DNA of 60,025 bases, the filler included, from Asterionella formosa (Eukaryota), in NCBI GenBank assembly GCA_002256025.1. It is 10 parts of 10 records of this genome, joined end to end, with 100 filler letters (N's around TTAATTAATTAA, not from the genome) between each part and the next. Parts side by side here need not be neighbours in the genome. Positions count along the whole stretch, not along the records: positions 18,097 to 24,009 come from NKIB01012884.1; positions 24,110 to 30,009 come from NKIB01012885.1; positions 30,110 to 36,018 come from NKIB01012886.1; 7 more parts are not named here. One strand, written 5' to 3'. The notes under the pieces were generated by a model. The model was not told where the DNA came from, did not search any database, and saw only the letters and a program-made list of their open reading frames with translations. Positions 21,022 through 34,100 of the stretch are shown here, piece by piece; the first letter of the stretch is position 1; the number at the start of each line of letters is the position of its first letter. The position numbers were made by a program, and so were the translations under genes.

Positions 21022-21995
21022 ATCATTTTAATTTTGTGTGTTTATGCTACAACATCACATGATGATCATTTATGTCTTTTGTCATTGTTCCAAGAATTAG
21101 ATGTGGATACAATCGCATTCTATATTATTGCCCCGTCAAATGAGATGTTCAACATCATGGAAAGGTCTCATGGTTATAAAGTTATGGAATATTCAGTAGT
21201 AGGAACCAATCATTTCAACATTTTTTATTTATGTGACAACATCACATGACCATTTTATGTCGTTTCTCATTGTTCCAAGAATGAGATAAGGGTATAATCT
21301 CATTCTATATTATTGCCTTTTCAAATGAGATTTTCAAAATCATGGAAAGGTCTCATGGTTGTAAAGGTATGGAATATCCAGTAGTAGGATCCAATCATAC
21401 CAATTTTGTGTATTTATGTGACAACATCACATGCTGACCATTGTTTGGCGATGGTGATTGTTCCAAATATGAGACATGGATACAATATCACTCTATTCTA
21501 CTTCTCCGTCAAATGAGATGTTCAACATCATGGAAAGCTCTCATGGTTGTAAAGTTATGGAATATCCAGTACTAGTAGGAACCAATCATTTCAATTTGTG
21601 TGTTTATGCGACAACAACACATGATTACCATTGTATGGCGTTGGTGATTGTTCCTATTTCGAGATATAGATACAATCTCATTCTATATTATTGCCCCGTC
21701 AAATGAGATTTTCAACATCATGGAAAGGTCTCATGGTTGTAAAGATATGGAATATCCAGTAGTAGGAACCAATCATTTCAATTTTGTGTGTTTATGCTAC
21801 AACATCACATGATGACCATTTTATGTCTTTTGTCATTGTTCCAAGAAAGAGATATGGATACACTTCCAAACTATATTAGTCCCCAGTCAATTGAAATGTT
21901 CAACATAACGGAACGGTCTCATGGTTGTAAAGTGATGGTATATCCAGCAGCCAGTAGTAGCCTACTAGTAGAAACATATCATTTCAATTTTGTGA
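21022..21995. repeat. Tandem satellite, ~187-bp unit, five copies plus a partial
   Basis: Unit starts at 21022, 21209, 21394, 21585, 21772, 21978; conserved core CAACATCATGGAAAGGTCTCATGGTTGTAAAG..ATGGAATATCCAGTAGTAGGAACCA. Confidence 0.92.
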
Positions 21996-22486
21996 GTAGA
22001 TTTTACAACATGAATGATTTACTGGCCCTTTCCATGGCGTTGGGATACTATCTTATTCTATTCTTTTCCAAATGAATGGTACTGTCCATTGAAACAAAAA
22101 GACTTAATCATCATACCGTCATTAAAGAATCAGTAGCTGGAAAGAAACTTCATCATTGTCATTATTTGCCTGTTTACATATTGTTAAATCCTGCTTTAAT
22201 TAGTATATTGTAATTCACCATATAATGCTTCAATTAGGTAGATTGTTTTTAAAAGTTATTTGGAAATGTTGCACTTGCAATTAAACATCATTTCACATTA
22301 TTTTTCTACCAGAGAAAAAGTAGACGGAGATCAATGAATAGGTGATAATTTATCAAATCTTGCTATCGTGACGTGAATAGTTTGCAAATGAAGGCCTTTT
22401 TCTAAATATCTTATGAATTGAACACCGGTCCATATATTTTTATATAAAGCAAAGAATAACATAGGTAAATTTTAATGGATTATTTT

Positions 22487-24009
22487 CTAGAATTCATCTG
22501 CAGGAGCAAGTGTCCTTCCCATCGCTTTTCCTTCAATAACATCATTCCAAAAATGACGGTTCATCTTTAGAAAAAGAATGGCTTCAAATACAAGTGGTGA
22601 TGTTAACTTTCTGAAGCATGATAAAATATGTTTAGCAATAGAGAAGAGTCTCTTGCAGCTGACACTTGTTCCCACAAGAAGGTCAAGACAAATGTAATCA
22701 TCATAGACAGACCCAAGAGCACTCTTGCGTCGCTTGATTCTCTACTGAATTGTGTCAGCATAATTGATCTGGGACACCATTTCCTCACCACTTTCAGCAC
22801 TATTGGGAGAATCATTATCATCTTCTAGCAGTGAATGGGGGAGACCAGCATTTGCTTTTTCCTGAGTCTTATCACAGCCTGACTCTCAATGTCATTCAAT
22901 GGTTCCCCTTTCATAATCTTTGTGGTGGCTATCTCAAATACCTTCTTGTCCTGCAAAATGTTTGCATCAACTCCCAGGTGCTTTTGGAATTCAGGGTAGT
23001 CTTCTAGTACATGATCAAAGATATCTCGGACATTCAAACATGTAATGAAAAATGAGAGCATGCTGGTTGCCAATGACTCAACCTGCTCTAAATGAGACTT
23101 AATCTGGAAAAAGCGAGCAATCATCATGTATTGGGAAGACCACCTGGTTGCATTTTCAGTCAATGCCTCAAGAAGGCAAGTATACTGCCTTAAAGCAGCT
23201 GTGTTTTTGAGGGTGCTTGCCTTCTTCATGAGGATGCTAAGCCTTGCAACAATTTTGATAAGAGTTGGTTTGTCTGCCATCCAACTTTTAACTGCCAAGT
23301 TGAATTTATGAGACCTGCAACCCAATAATGGCACACCAAGAAGTTTTGCCATTCTCTGGTTTACACTGCAGTTGTCACCTGCTAAGCATACAATATTTTC
23401 ATTTGTCTTCCCATATAATGACAAAGTTTTTGAAGTGTGATGCACATGATCTGCTGCAGTCATTCCCAATACTCCATCACAAAGAAGGGGTTGAATGGAA
23501 AGCAGTGTCTCCACAGCAACATTTGAAATGGGATCAATGTAAGAGGCATGAACAGCAATGTAGTGATCAGACCCCTCAGTCCATCCATCGAATACAATGA
23601 CAATTTGATCAGGCAGTTTCTCCTTGATTTGACAATTGACTTCAGCTTGAAGCAAAAAGAGCATTTTTCGTAGTAGTTTGGATGTGATGGGACCATAATG
23701 CATTCCAGTTCGAGTTATCTCATCATCAACCTCAGCAAGCGGCATGTTTCTCATGACAACCCATTCAATCCAGCCAAACATGTCCGCCTCCCTCTTACTG
23801 ACTGTAGGTTTGAATGCTGCAAAGACATTGTCCTTCACAGCAACCAGTACATATTCTTCTTGATATTTTGGTCCAATGCACACTTTCAGGTGATTGAGGA
23901 GATTTGTCCAACCACCACTCTTCTTCTTATACTGAAGGCATTTCTTGCATTTCCAAATTGGTGGCAGCCCATCTTCCATTGTGTCATGGAAGAAGAAGGA
24001 GATCATAGC
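22487..24009 (-). mobile_element. hAT transposase, degenerate
   Basis: BED-type finger WKCKKC..GGWTNLLNHL, FDGWT, GDNCSVN, CRSHKFNLAV, NATRWSS; dimerisation region TSVSCKRLFS..FEAILFLKMNRHFW in a separate ORF; catalytic E of CERLFS reads K. Confidence 0.9.
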
Positions 24010-24914
24010 NNNNNNNNNNNNNNNNNNNNNNNNNNNNNNNNNNNNNNNNNNNNTTAATTAATTAANNNNNNNNNNNNNNNNNNNNNNNNNNNNNNNNNNN
24101 NNNNNNNNNGATACACTGTGATCACAAATTAGTGATACAGTGACACTTTTGGAATGAATGAAATTCAGTTCAAATCGAGTTACCGTTGCTGATACATTTT
24201 CAAAAAAATTCAAATTCCGTGATACACGAAAAAAAATGATAAGAACGGCCCTTAGCCTTCTTAGCTTCTAGCTCCCTAATCACATTGTTAAGACAAAACT
24301 GAACACTGACCAACTCTTCAGGAGACAATTTCTTTCGAGGCAAGGCTTTGCATTGTCGAGGCGCTTTCGAGATCATGATGTTGGTATTGTGATGGGTGAT
24401 TGTTTGTGTTTGCATTTAATTTTTGTATTTGTGTTTGCATTTAATTTTTGTACTCATAATTCGGGCGCGCCAGGAATTCCTATTTGACGTTTTCCATTCC
24501 TGAATTTATCTCTTTATTATGGCGCACGAGCGAAAGCGCAATGACGTCGTAGCCATATTAAATAAATTTTAGAGGAAGCTAAATTAGTTTTCTAGCGGAG
24601 GAATATTCTCATAGCTGTATACGTATATAAAAGGTGATGCTTGCTCAATCGAGTAAACGTGAAAATATCCAATTTTCGCAATTTCACGTCGACAGCAACC
24701 TTTGGGCGATAATACCTAATTAACAATGTACACAGTGCAACAATACAAGTACGAACAACTCGTTCGTGACAATAAATAGCGTATCTTGTAAACTAAGTTC
24801 AAACCGTGCGTTTACTCCGTTTAGCGGTGGCTTACATTTCAAAAGTCGCCGTAGCGGTGGCTTACAGTTTTTAAGTGGTAGCCTTCATAGAAACCACCAA
24901 CATTTTTTGCTACA

Positions 24915-27900
24915 TGGAAATCAGTTGGCTCGATGACACTGCCGTGACGGCTGCTACTCATACTACTCATACATGCACAGCATCATTGTGTTCGAATCGA
25001 TTCCGATGCCTCAACCATAGTTGTTGCAGCCTATTGAGTGGACAATACAGAGGAGGGACTGGACGGCTCTATACAGGCGTTCTACGGCGCTGTCATTTGA
25101 TGATACAGAGCGCATTTGCGCTCTTTGAACAATCACTCATCAACGACATTCACTCGCTCAGCATACTACTACATGATCATGTCAAGGCAAGATTATTGTG
25201 GACCTCATCATCTTTGCTGGCTTCCATAAAAATCAGACCAACAGAGGGAAAGCGACGGTATTCAAGCCCGGTTGAAAGATTGTCCTGAAGCTGCAAAGGT
25301 GCAAGATCGCCATGGAAACACTCTGTTGCACCATGGCATGAAAGTCCGGGCACCAGTGGAAATTATAAATGCCCTTTTAAAAGCTTGCCCTGAAGTGGTG
25401 ACAAGAAAAGCCAACAATGGTGAGACTCCTCTTGACTGTGGTCTAGGAGGGGAAAAGCGAGTGTCACTAGAATCCATCCAAGCTTTTGTGGACAAATATC
25501 CCAATGCCATGAACTCCATGAAATTGCCCTTCATTCCACTTCACTTGGCAATTTTTCGAGGTGAAAAAGCTCCAGAGATTGAGCAGATCATAATAAAATA
25601 CCCAGATTATTCAGTTGCAAACTATGGCACTCCAAACCTGCAGTCACCTCTTCTTCTCGCTTTGCAACAAGGAGATTATCCTGATTTTGAGATCGTCTGT
25701 ATTTTGATTAAGAAACACCCAGATGCGACTAACACTCTTACTTTTGATGATGAAACGAGCTATAATCCATTTGAATATTGTGTTTCCAGGCTCCTTCAAT
25801 CGATAAAGAAATATGCAACCCTTGATGTTGGAGATGGGCATGTGTCTATGGAACAGTACGAGTTACAAATGAAACTGTCAAATCCTATTGAAATTTGGTA
25901 GAAGGTTTTGCGGCTTTTGTGTTCATCCCTCACTGACGTTGGCGACCTCAAGCAATTGTGCATGCTAGACACACCCCAAGCTGAGAAAGCTCCAGAGAGG
26001 CGGAGCTTTTTCTTTGTTACAGAGCGGCTGGGCTTTTTCTTTTGGGTGCTCGCCATCAATGAATTCAATCCATTCAATGCAGACTGGACTCCTCCACGCC
26101 TCGATTTGAATCATGAACCAATAACTAACTGGACCGTTTTGGAAATCTTGGTGGATCTTGGAACGGCTGATGCGGCCAATAAATTCTTTCAGATAGAGGA
26201 ACAGCTGAGAAGGTCTGAAGAACAGGATCAGCTGGAAATCTCAATCTGTAAACATAGCGCAACGAAAGTAGCGTCGTTTCAGTCCAATGCTCAAGTTAAA
26301 AAAGAGACATGGCAAACGGTTGCCAATATGGCAAAAAGGTCCAAGCTTGTCAAGCTCAAAGAGTGGGGTGATAAATACGGAAGGTTTCTTGGAAAATATC
26401 AATTTGAGGAGGAGAAGCATTTCTCAGGTACCTGTATGGTTATGTTTGGCTCTGAATTGATCGTTGTATCTGGGGCCACGCAATTGACCAGTGTAGCATT
26501 CAAGCTCTTTACAGAAAGGCCTGCATTCCTGCGCGAATTGGCAAAGCGGAACAAAATCATGAGCATTCATGGTGCAGAATTTTTTTAAATTGCCGTGAGG
26601 GCTGCATATACGGACTGCATGGAAGGGTTGGATGAATATGGTCCTCTGGGTATTGAAATTCAACTGAACCAGACAGTCAAATGAAAAAAAATTAATCCTG
26701 AATTCATCCATCTCCTATTAATGGATTGTTGTGGGAACAGGAATGACCTCTTTGATTTTATATCGCATCAAAACATTGCAGGCAATGACATTTTCATGGT
26801 GCGTTTCATTGCAATCCAAATTGCTAAGTGCCTTCAGTTTCTAAATGAAGAGTGTAAGGTTATGCACGGCGATGTTAAGGCTCGAAATTTTGTGTCTGGT
26901 AGCGAGGGTTTTGGATATGCTGCAATTGATCTTGATAATGCGGCATTAATTGACAAAGAAAATGCTGGTCAGAAGCGAATAAGCTCTGGATACATGCCTC
27001 CCGGACAGGCTACTGTTGAGTACCATATTCGAATAGAGCAGGTTGCTGCAAAGGGAGTTAAAAGCAGTCCCATGCTTCCCGAACAGGCTGCTGTTGAGTA
27101 CCAGATGCAAAAGAAGGAGCAGGGTGCTGTAGTCGTTAAAGCCAGTCCCTAATATGACATGTGGTACTTTGGAGCCCTTCTATATAATCTCTGCACTGGG
27201 GAACTTTTTGAAGTGGATCCGCGTGAAGAAGTATTGCTGGACGGCTTAAGAAAATAAAAGATTGGAGTGCCCAAGTTTGTGAAGAAAAGATCGAAACATT
27301 TTTGCCAAAAATCAAAGACTGGACTTTTTTGAAAACCCTGCTTAAAGGATTGCTGAAGAGGGATCCAAACGAGCGCTATCATTGGTGGGGGGATATTATT
27401 AGTAAGCTTGAGAGAGATCCAGGAAAAGGCTATCACTGTTGAATTGATAATTTTAGTAAAGGTGAAGGTAATATTAATAAAAAAAATTTCACCTCAATGC
27501 AAGTGATTGCAACTGAAGTGAAACAAATAAATCGTGGAGTGCAAGATCTGCCAACTGAAGTGAAACAAATAAATCATGGAGTGCAGGGTTTGCAAGGTTT
27601 GCCAACTGAAGTGAAACAAATAAATCTTGGAGTGCAAGATTTAAAAACTGAAGTGACACAACTAAATCAACAAGGCCAAGCCATGTTCTCTTATTTGAAA
27701 GCTTAAATACCACAAATAATGAAGACTCTTCGTACTACCGATGCTGAATTAAAGGAGAGCTGTCCCAGAATTGTTTATATTAAACAACTCAGTAAACAAG
27801 CAGGGGCCTCAAGCAACCTCACGACTTGTCTAAGCAACCTGGTAAAATTTGAAGTGGAGATATACTTTGTTTGTCAGCATTCATTTACAGTTGTTAAAGA

Positions 27901-27965
27901 AACCAGAATTACTATCAAGGTAACCAGGCAGTGGGTGAAATATATTGTACCTGTCATAGCTGTGG
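24915..27965 (+). pseudogene. Ankyrin + protein kinase + coiled-coil multidomain pseudogene
   Basis: Ankyrin motifs GNTLLH, GETPLD, IPLHLA, SPLLLA; kinase VAFK, HGDVKARN, IDLD, SSGYMPP, YDMWYFG; repeats TEVKQINxGVQDL; C-terminal SCPRIV..YFVCQHS..WVKYIVP. ORFs 25272, 25908 and 26721 share one frame and are split by stops. 5' start uncertain. Confidence 0.8.
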
Positions 27966-28291
27966 TAGGTCTATCACACGCTCTACTCTGTCACTTCTCT
28001 CGTCTCTTCCAATTAAAAAAGAATATTGCATGCATGCATGATAGCTGGTTGATCGTGAGACAGAAACATGGTACCGGTAAGCAAGTTTTCTCACTTTCAC
28101 TTTGTCTGGGAGGCTTTTGTACCAACATTTTGTCAGTAGAAGTGGAAAGGGAAAAATTCTCAATCATTTCCGGAATTTTGCTTAGCTGAATACCGGGTAA
28201 GCTAAAATGACCCTCAGGGTCATTAATCTATGTTCAAAACTAATAAATGTACCTGTTGTACTGATACCAGTGTACCAGTACACTGTTTATC

Positions 28292-29164
28292 TTGACAAGT
28301 CTCACTACTTCTTTTTCTGGTATACTTCCCACAGAGTACTTTAGACTCTTGACAAGTCTCACTTATCTAGATTTGCACTCCACTACTTCTCCCACACAAA
28401 CACTTCCAACAGAGATTGGACTCTTGACAAGTCTCAATTATCTATATTTGTCCTCCAATACCTTCACTGGCACACTTCCCACAGAGATTGGACTATTGTC
28501 TAGTCTCACTTATCTATCTTTGTTTAACAATTCTTTCATTGGCACACTTCCGACTGAGATTGGATACTTGAAAAGTCTCGCTTTTCTATCTTTGTTTAAC
28601 AATTCTTTCACTGGCACACTTCCTACAGAGATTGGACTCTTGACAAGTCTCACTGCTCTAGTTCTGTTTAACAATTCTTTCATTGGTACACTTCCGACTG
28701 AGATTGGGAACTTGGCAAGTCTAATTGCTCTAGGTTTGTTTAACAATTCTTTCACTGGCACACTTCCCACAGAGATTGGACTCTTGACAAGTCTCACTGT
28801 TCTAGGTTTGCTTAACAATTCTTTCATTGGTACACTTCCGACTGAGATTGGAAACTTGGCAAGTCTAATTGCTCTAGGTTTGTCCTCCAATTCTTTCAAT
28901 GGCACACTACCTACAGAGATTGGACTCTTGACAAGTCTCACTAAGCTATATTTGTTTAACAATTCTTTCACTGGCACACTTCCCAGAGAGATTGGACTCT
29001 TGACAAGTCTCACTGCCATTACTCTGCAGAACAATAAATTCACAGGTTCAGTGCCAGCTGAGATATGGCCTGGACTTAACACAAGTGTCATTATACTTGG
29101 ATTGAGTAACAATTCATTCAATGGTTCAGTTCCCCCAGATAAAGGGAACATTTACTACCAATAG
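28292..29164 (+). CDS. Leucine-rich repeat protein (24-aa plant-type LRR, ~11 repeats); no ATG, so probably a 3' exon or truncated
   Basis: LTSLxxLxLxxNSFTGTLPTEIGL consensus in 72-bp tandem units. Confidence 0.85.
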   Translation: MTSLTTSFSGILPTEYFRLLTSLTYLDLHSTTSPTQTLPTEIGLLTSLNYLYLSSNTFTGTLPTEIGLLSSLTYLSLFNNSFIGTLPTEIGYLKSLAFLSLFNNSFTGTLPTEIGLLTSLTALVLFNNSFIGTLPTEIGNLASLIALGLFNNSFTGTLPTEIGLLTSLTVLGLLNNSFIGTLPTEIGNLASLIALGLSSNSFNGTLPTEIGLLTSLTKLYLFNNSFTGTLPREIGLLTSLTAITLQNNKFTGSVPAEIWPGLNTSVIILGLSNNSFNGSVPPDKGNIYYQ

Positions 29165-29659
29165 TTTTTTCAGGTGTGATGAACAGAATTAAACAATTTA
29201 TGTATGACATTACCATATTAGGATTCATGTTTACTTGCGTGACTTTTTGACTATGAATATATACATAAAAACATTCATTATATGTATAATATGGTGAGTT
29301 AAAAGCATGAACATAAATAAACAACTCATAGTTAACAAACAAATGTACAGCTACGCCGGAGAACACTACAATACCAGTAGAGGCGTACATACATACCAGT
29401 CCATAGTATGCATTGGAATATTCGTCAACAACCACACACCAAAACTGTTAGGGTTAGGGAAAAAATAAACATGCACGATAGTTCGCACCATAGAAATCGA
29501 GTGATTTTGTACTGTCAATATATGTACCGATATGCATCCTGAAATGCTCTGGAGACAATCAAAAAATACCACATCTATTTTCATATTTTCGGATCTTTCT
29601 ACCGGTACTTACCGGTAGTACTATTACGAACCGAAGATGCACCAAACCTCGAGCAAAGT

Positions 29660-30009
29660 ACAGAGTTATGTAAGACTCTAGATAAGGAAATAGTAAAGCT
29701 TGTTCTAAACAGAGAACTAGAAGCTACAAAGGCTAACAATGCAGGAGTGTTGCTATATGGTGCTATCACTAGATTTATTAGCAAACAAAGGTGGCAAAAT
29801 TACGTGGCTAACAAAAGACATGGTGATGTACTATTTGAAGAAATTGAACAACAACAACAACAACACAGATCTAGTAGTAGGGGGTTTAAATTCTAAAGTT
29901 CTATTGGATTACTCCCCAGCAAATCAAATTGAAACCAGCAGCATACTTACCTTTGCAACCAGAAACTCCACTACTGCATCCACTTTGACAACAGTTACAT
30001 TTAACTCAG
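29660..30009 (+). mobile_element. N-terminal relic related to the pogo-like element at 3960-4860
   Basis: NNAGVLLYGAITRFI..(frameshift)..WLTKDMVMYYLKKLN aligns with NNNGKLPYVAISNIV..RLTNPMVQYHLQKLN in contig 1. Confidence 0.45.
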
Positions 30010-31199
30010 NNNNNNNNNNNNNNNNNNNNNNNNNNNNNNNNNNNNNNNNNNNNTTAATTAATTAANNNNNNNNNNNNNNNNNNNNNNNNNNNNNNNNNNN
30101 NNNNNNNNNTTGCTATATGAAGGAAGACAATCACCTTCAGCCAATTAAGAAAGCCAGTACATTTGAGTTCACAACCTGCCCCCATTCAGCAATATCGGTT
30201 TCCTACTAGAGTACTGGCTGAAGTAATGTTCAAAGTGAGGAGGGAGGACTCTACAACATTGAGAATGAAGAGGATCTATGTACCAATATTAAAGAACTTC
30301 TTAATAAAATGTTGAAGTGCGATCCAGCAATCTGTCTATTCCCATTGGAGGAAACAACCCATGACATTCCAATATACATACTGGATAAGCTTGAGGAAAC
30401 CAGTCTTTCAAAATACTTGCCACACCATACTGCATGACCAAAGAACCAGCAAATTGATTGTTTTTGTCATCTGCGTCCCCATATGCCCAGTAAGCTCCTT
30501 AAAAGTCACACTCTTCTGTATCTACAGTCCACGAACAAGCTATATATCGAAGAATATTTTCTTAAAAGTCTCGACGAGGTCATCTGGAGCACTTCTAGAA
30601 GGAAAAAATTGTTTAGTATCAAGAAAGAGCGTAAAATCATGGCTAAACAAACTTCTCGACCCAGCAGCATTAGCTTTAGATTTCCAACTAAGAATGCAAA
30701 GCATAAGGTTTCCAAAAGTTCGGAGTGAACTATGCCACCACACATCATGCCTGGGTGGTCAGCGCCAGTCAGTCCACAGCAATGCTAACATATGACGCCA
30801 TCACGAAAGTGCTCCCCATTTCCGAAACAACAACGGTATAAGGTCGAAAAGAGCGAAGTTGCTTAGTATTGAGGAGATACATTCTTGGACTGATTCTCCT
30901 TGTCTCTTGTTTGCTTCCAGCATTACTAGAATCTCCCTGGCTTGTGTTTGCTGGTCCAGAAGAAAAGCCTTCAAATCCTGAATAAATTGTTTTCTTGGAT
31001 TTTGTGAATTATTTCCCTGTTTCTACAAAATCATGATGTTCTGCCTCCTGGCTGATGATATACTGTGATATCGCCCTGAGTAGGCATCGATGTGTCGTCT
31101 GGGAGACTCTGTAAGCTGTTATTATCGTCTTTCCTGCCAGTACCCACCACCCACCTCAGTCCCTAGTACCCTCCAACATTTTATTCGCTTCAATAACTT

Positions 31200-34100
31200 C
31201 TCTCTACTACTCTGCGGCGGCTGTCAACTAACGGATCATATTGTCAAGGGAAGACTCCATCTTCGTTCCTGTCAGCCTATCCCAACACTACTAGATACAA
31301 TCTCAGCTGCTCACCCCCAATGGATCCTACTTCGAGATCTCTTTCATGGAGATGTACCAGTTGACTGCGGATGGCTCCTTTACTCCTCCAAGAAAATCAA
31401 CCGCTTAGCCTTGCAAACTCAGCTCATCTCCTTAGCGCAAGAAGAACTCAAGAGTGCTATTCCATTCATCTGCTTATGTCAAGAAGTCCCAGGACCAGGG
31501 CAGCACTACGCCACAATCACAGCACCAGCCATAGTTATCTGCACATCTCCCCCCTATCAATTGAGTGCTTGCCAACTTCTCCAGGAAGTACTGTCACCAG
31601 ATGAACAATTGAAATTCCCCTCCCGGTATCCTTTTCAACGCTCAATGATCTTTCTCTCCCCCCACTTCCTTGGCCTTTCTGATAGATCCTATGCTTCCAA
31701 ATTGCAGGAACAGCATGATTTTCAGTCAAGCGAAGAAGCTGTCTGAGTTACAGGTCTCCAACTTCTCACACACCCCATCCCTGAATCATATACCTTTTGG
31801 GCAGTACTACTCTTTTAAGCTACCCCGAACCCACCCCTGGTACACAATATCTTATCTGCATTATTGAAACTGATCCAACTGATCCATCCATTCTCTATTT
31901 CTGCAAAAACTTTTCTCATCTCAGCTATCTAGAATCCCTAATCGAGACCCTTTTTCCTACTCTGAGAACTCTTCACCCAACTCTGACACCCCAGGATGTA
32001 TGGATGGCTCCTGATCACCATCATACAATCCAAACCCTAGATAACCTACTCTCCACCTCTACCACTGATGCTCTCACTACTCTTCTTGACTATAATCCTT
32101 ATGGCCCTACTGCTACTATGACTCTCCCACCCCCCACCAAACACCATTGCTCTCGTCCACTCCCCCCTCATAACCGACTAGGTAGACGCACCCATAACAA
32201 CTGCCACCACCACCCCCTCCCCCCGGCTCTTTCTTTTGCTAGTAATATGACATCCCTACATATCTCCTCTTTTCCCTCTCCCAAGAACTATTGGCATTCA
32301 ATCCCGCCCCCATCCTCATCCATTTCCACACACTCTACCTCTACCGATATCACCACTTCCTCCACTCTCCAATCTCTCAATTCTAACCTTTCCACACTTC
32401 AAACAGAAGTTGATTCACTCACATCCCGCATGGAGACCCAAATTACCATAGCCCATCCTACTCCTCCTATCACTATTGCAACTATCACCACGCTTATTGG
32501 CTCTAACCTTGATCACTTTTTCCCCTCTCTCTCTCTTCCTGCGATCATGGAATCTGTCATGGCCACTTTCAAAGCATCTCTCCAGGATGACGTTCTCCCC
32601 CAGCTCTCTACTCTCATCTCCAGTGAGATTTCCTCCGCCTTCCAATCTCCTGCCTTCAATTCTGCAATATGTGAAAACATCCGCCAACAACTAGTTTTAC
32701 ATTTCACTCCCCCTGATCCAACACATGACGAGTCGTCCCACCCCATGCCAATGATAACTGGAGGGGGGGGGGGGGGGAAAAAAAAGATTAAAACGGTTGC
32801 CCAAAATAAAGCACCTCACAACCAAGACCCTCATACTCCTTTCATCTTGCAACTCTTCCCTCCTAGTAGCACCAAATTCTCTCATTTAAAAACCGAAGTC
32901 CAACCCCATATTTCCTGGGGCGACCCCCTTATTGATCCATTATCTCTACACATGCGAGTGGTTTTCCAGAACTGCAATTCCTTTAATAAGGACCACTTTG
33001 AACGGTTCACTTACCTCAAACAGCTTGCATCCCTTCAATCAACCATCATCAGATTATCTGAGACAAATATTAATTGGTCAAACTCCTCTATTCACCAGTC
33101 CATGATCTCTGATTCCTTAAAAGCCAGATGGCCCCATTGACGTCTTTCCACTGCCCACACTCCCAATTTTGTCCCTACCACCACAGTCTCTCAAGCCAGC
33201 GGGACCCTTCAGCTAGTTACAGGTCGCAGTGGGGGCAGAGTTCTCCATACAGGCAGCGATCCTGTGGGTCATTGGTGCTTCCAAACTCTCAGATTAAACA
33301 GTAACCGTTCCATCACATTTATCACAGCCTACCAAGTGTGTCAGAACCAAAGGACTGGTCCTCGTCAGACTGCTTATGAACATCAACACTCCCACTTAAT
33401 TCACCAAAATCATGAAATGTCACCTCACCCCTGTGCAGCAATGCTCCAGGCCCTCCAAGCATTTATACTCTCCCTCATCACTGATGGTCATGAAGTTCTC
33501 CTAATGTGGGACTCAAACTCCCTCTCCAGTGACTCTGATATTACCCAATTCCTCCAACAGTGCTCTCTTATAAATCTTCTTAGCAATCACACTATCCCGC
33601 CAGATGCCTCTACCTCCTCCCGGGGTCGCCTTATTGACTTCATTCATGGAACATCCCTCCTTCTCAGCGCAGTCCACAGGGGCGGCATGATCCTCAGCTT
33701 TCACCAAAGCCCTCACAACGATCACCAAAGCCCTCACAACGACCACCGTGCCATTTATGTCGACCTAGATGAAAAAGTTCTCTTTCAGGGAAGTACCACT
33801 GACCCCAACCGTCTTTTGCATCTATGCAATCCAGAACAATGTACATGTTACCTAGCAGCAGTCCATGAATATTTCTTAGTTTCGCACCAAGTTTTCTCTC
33901 GTCTTGCTGATGTTCGTAACCTGCTAACCACCACAACCGCTCCTTCTGCTATTCAACCAACTTATGACAGCAGAGACATCACAGCAGCACTACTTAATGC
34001 TGAGCGTCAATCTGCCCGCTCATCATATGGATATCCATGGTCACCCCAACTGATGAAATGCGGGCAGGAATTCTTATTCTGGAAAAAACGCCACTCCGAT

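Noticed and set aside
21022..21995. CRISPR-like array
   Set aside because: Whole 187-bp units are homologous, with no unique spacers and no cas genes.
25272..27152. Stop-codon reassignment or readthrough explaining in-frame stops in the ankyrin-kinase
   Set aside because: All three stop types occur, frameshifts follow downstream, and intact genes use standard stops; pseudogenisation is simpler.
28510..29151. 213-aa minus-strand ORF
   Set aside because: Antisense shadow of the LRR repeats.
30110..30830. Possible second LINE ORF1 fragment
   Set aside because: Fragmented, with no diagnostic motif.
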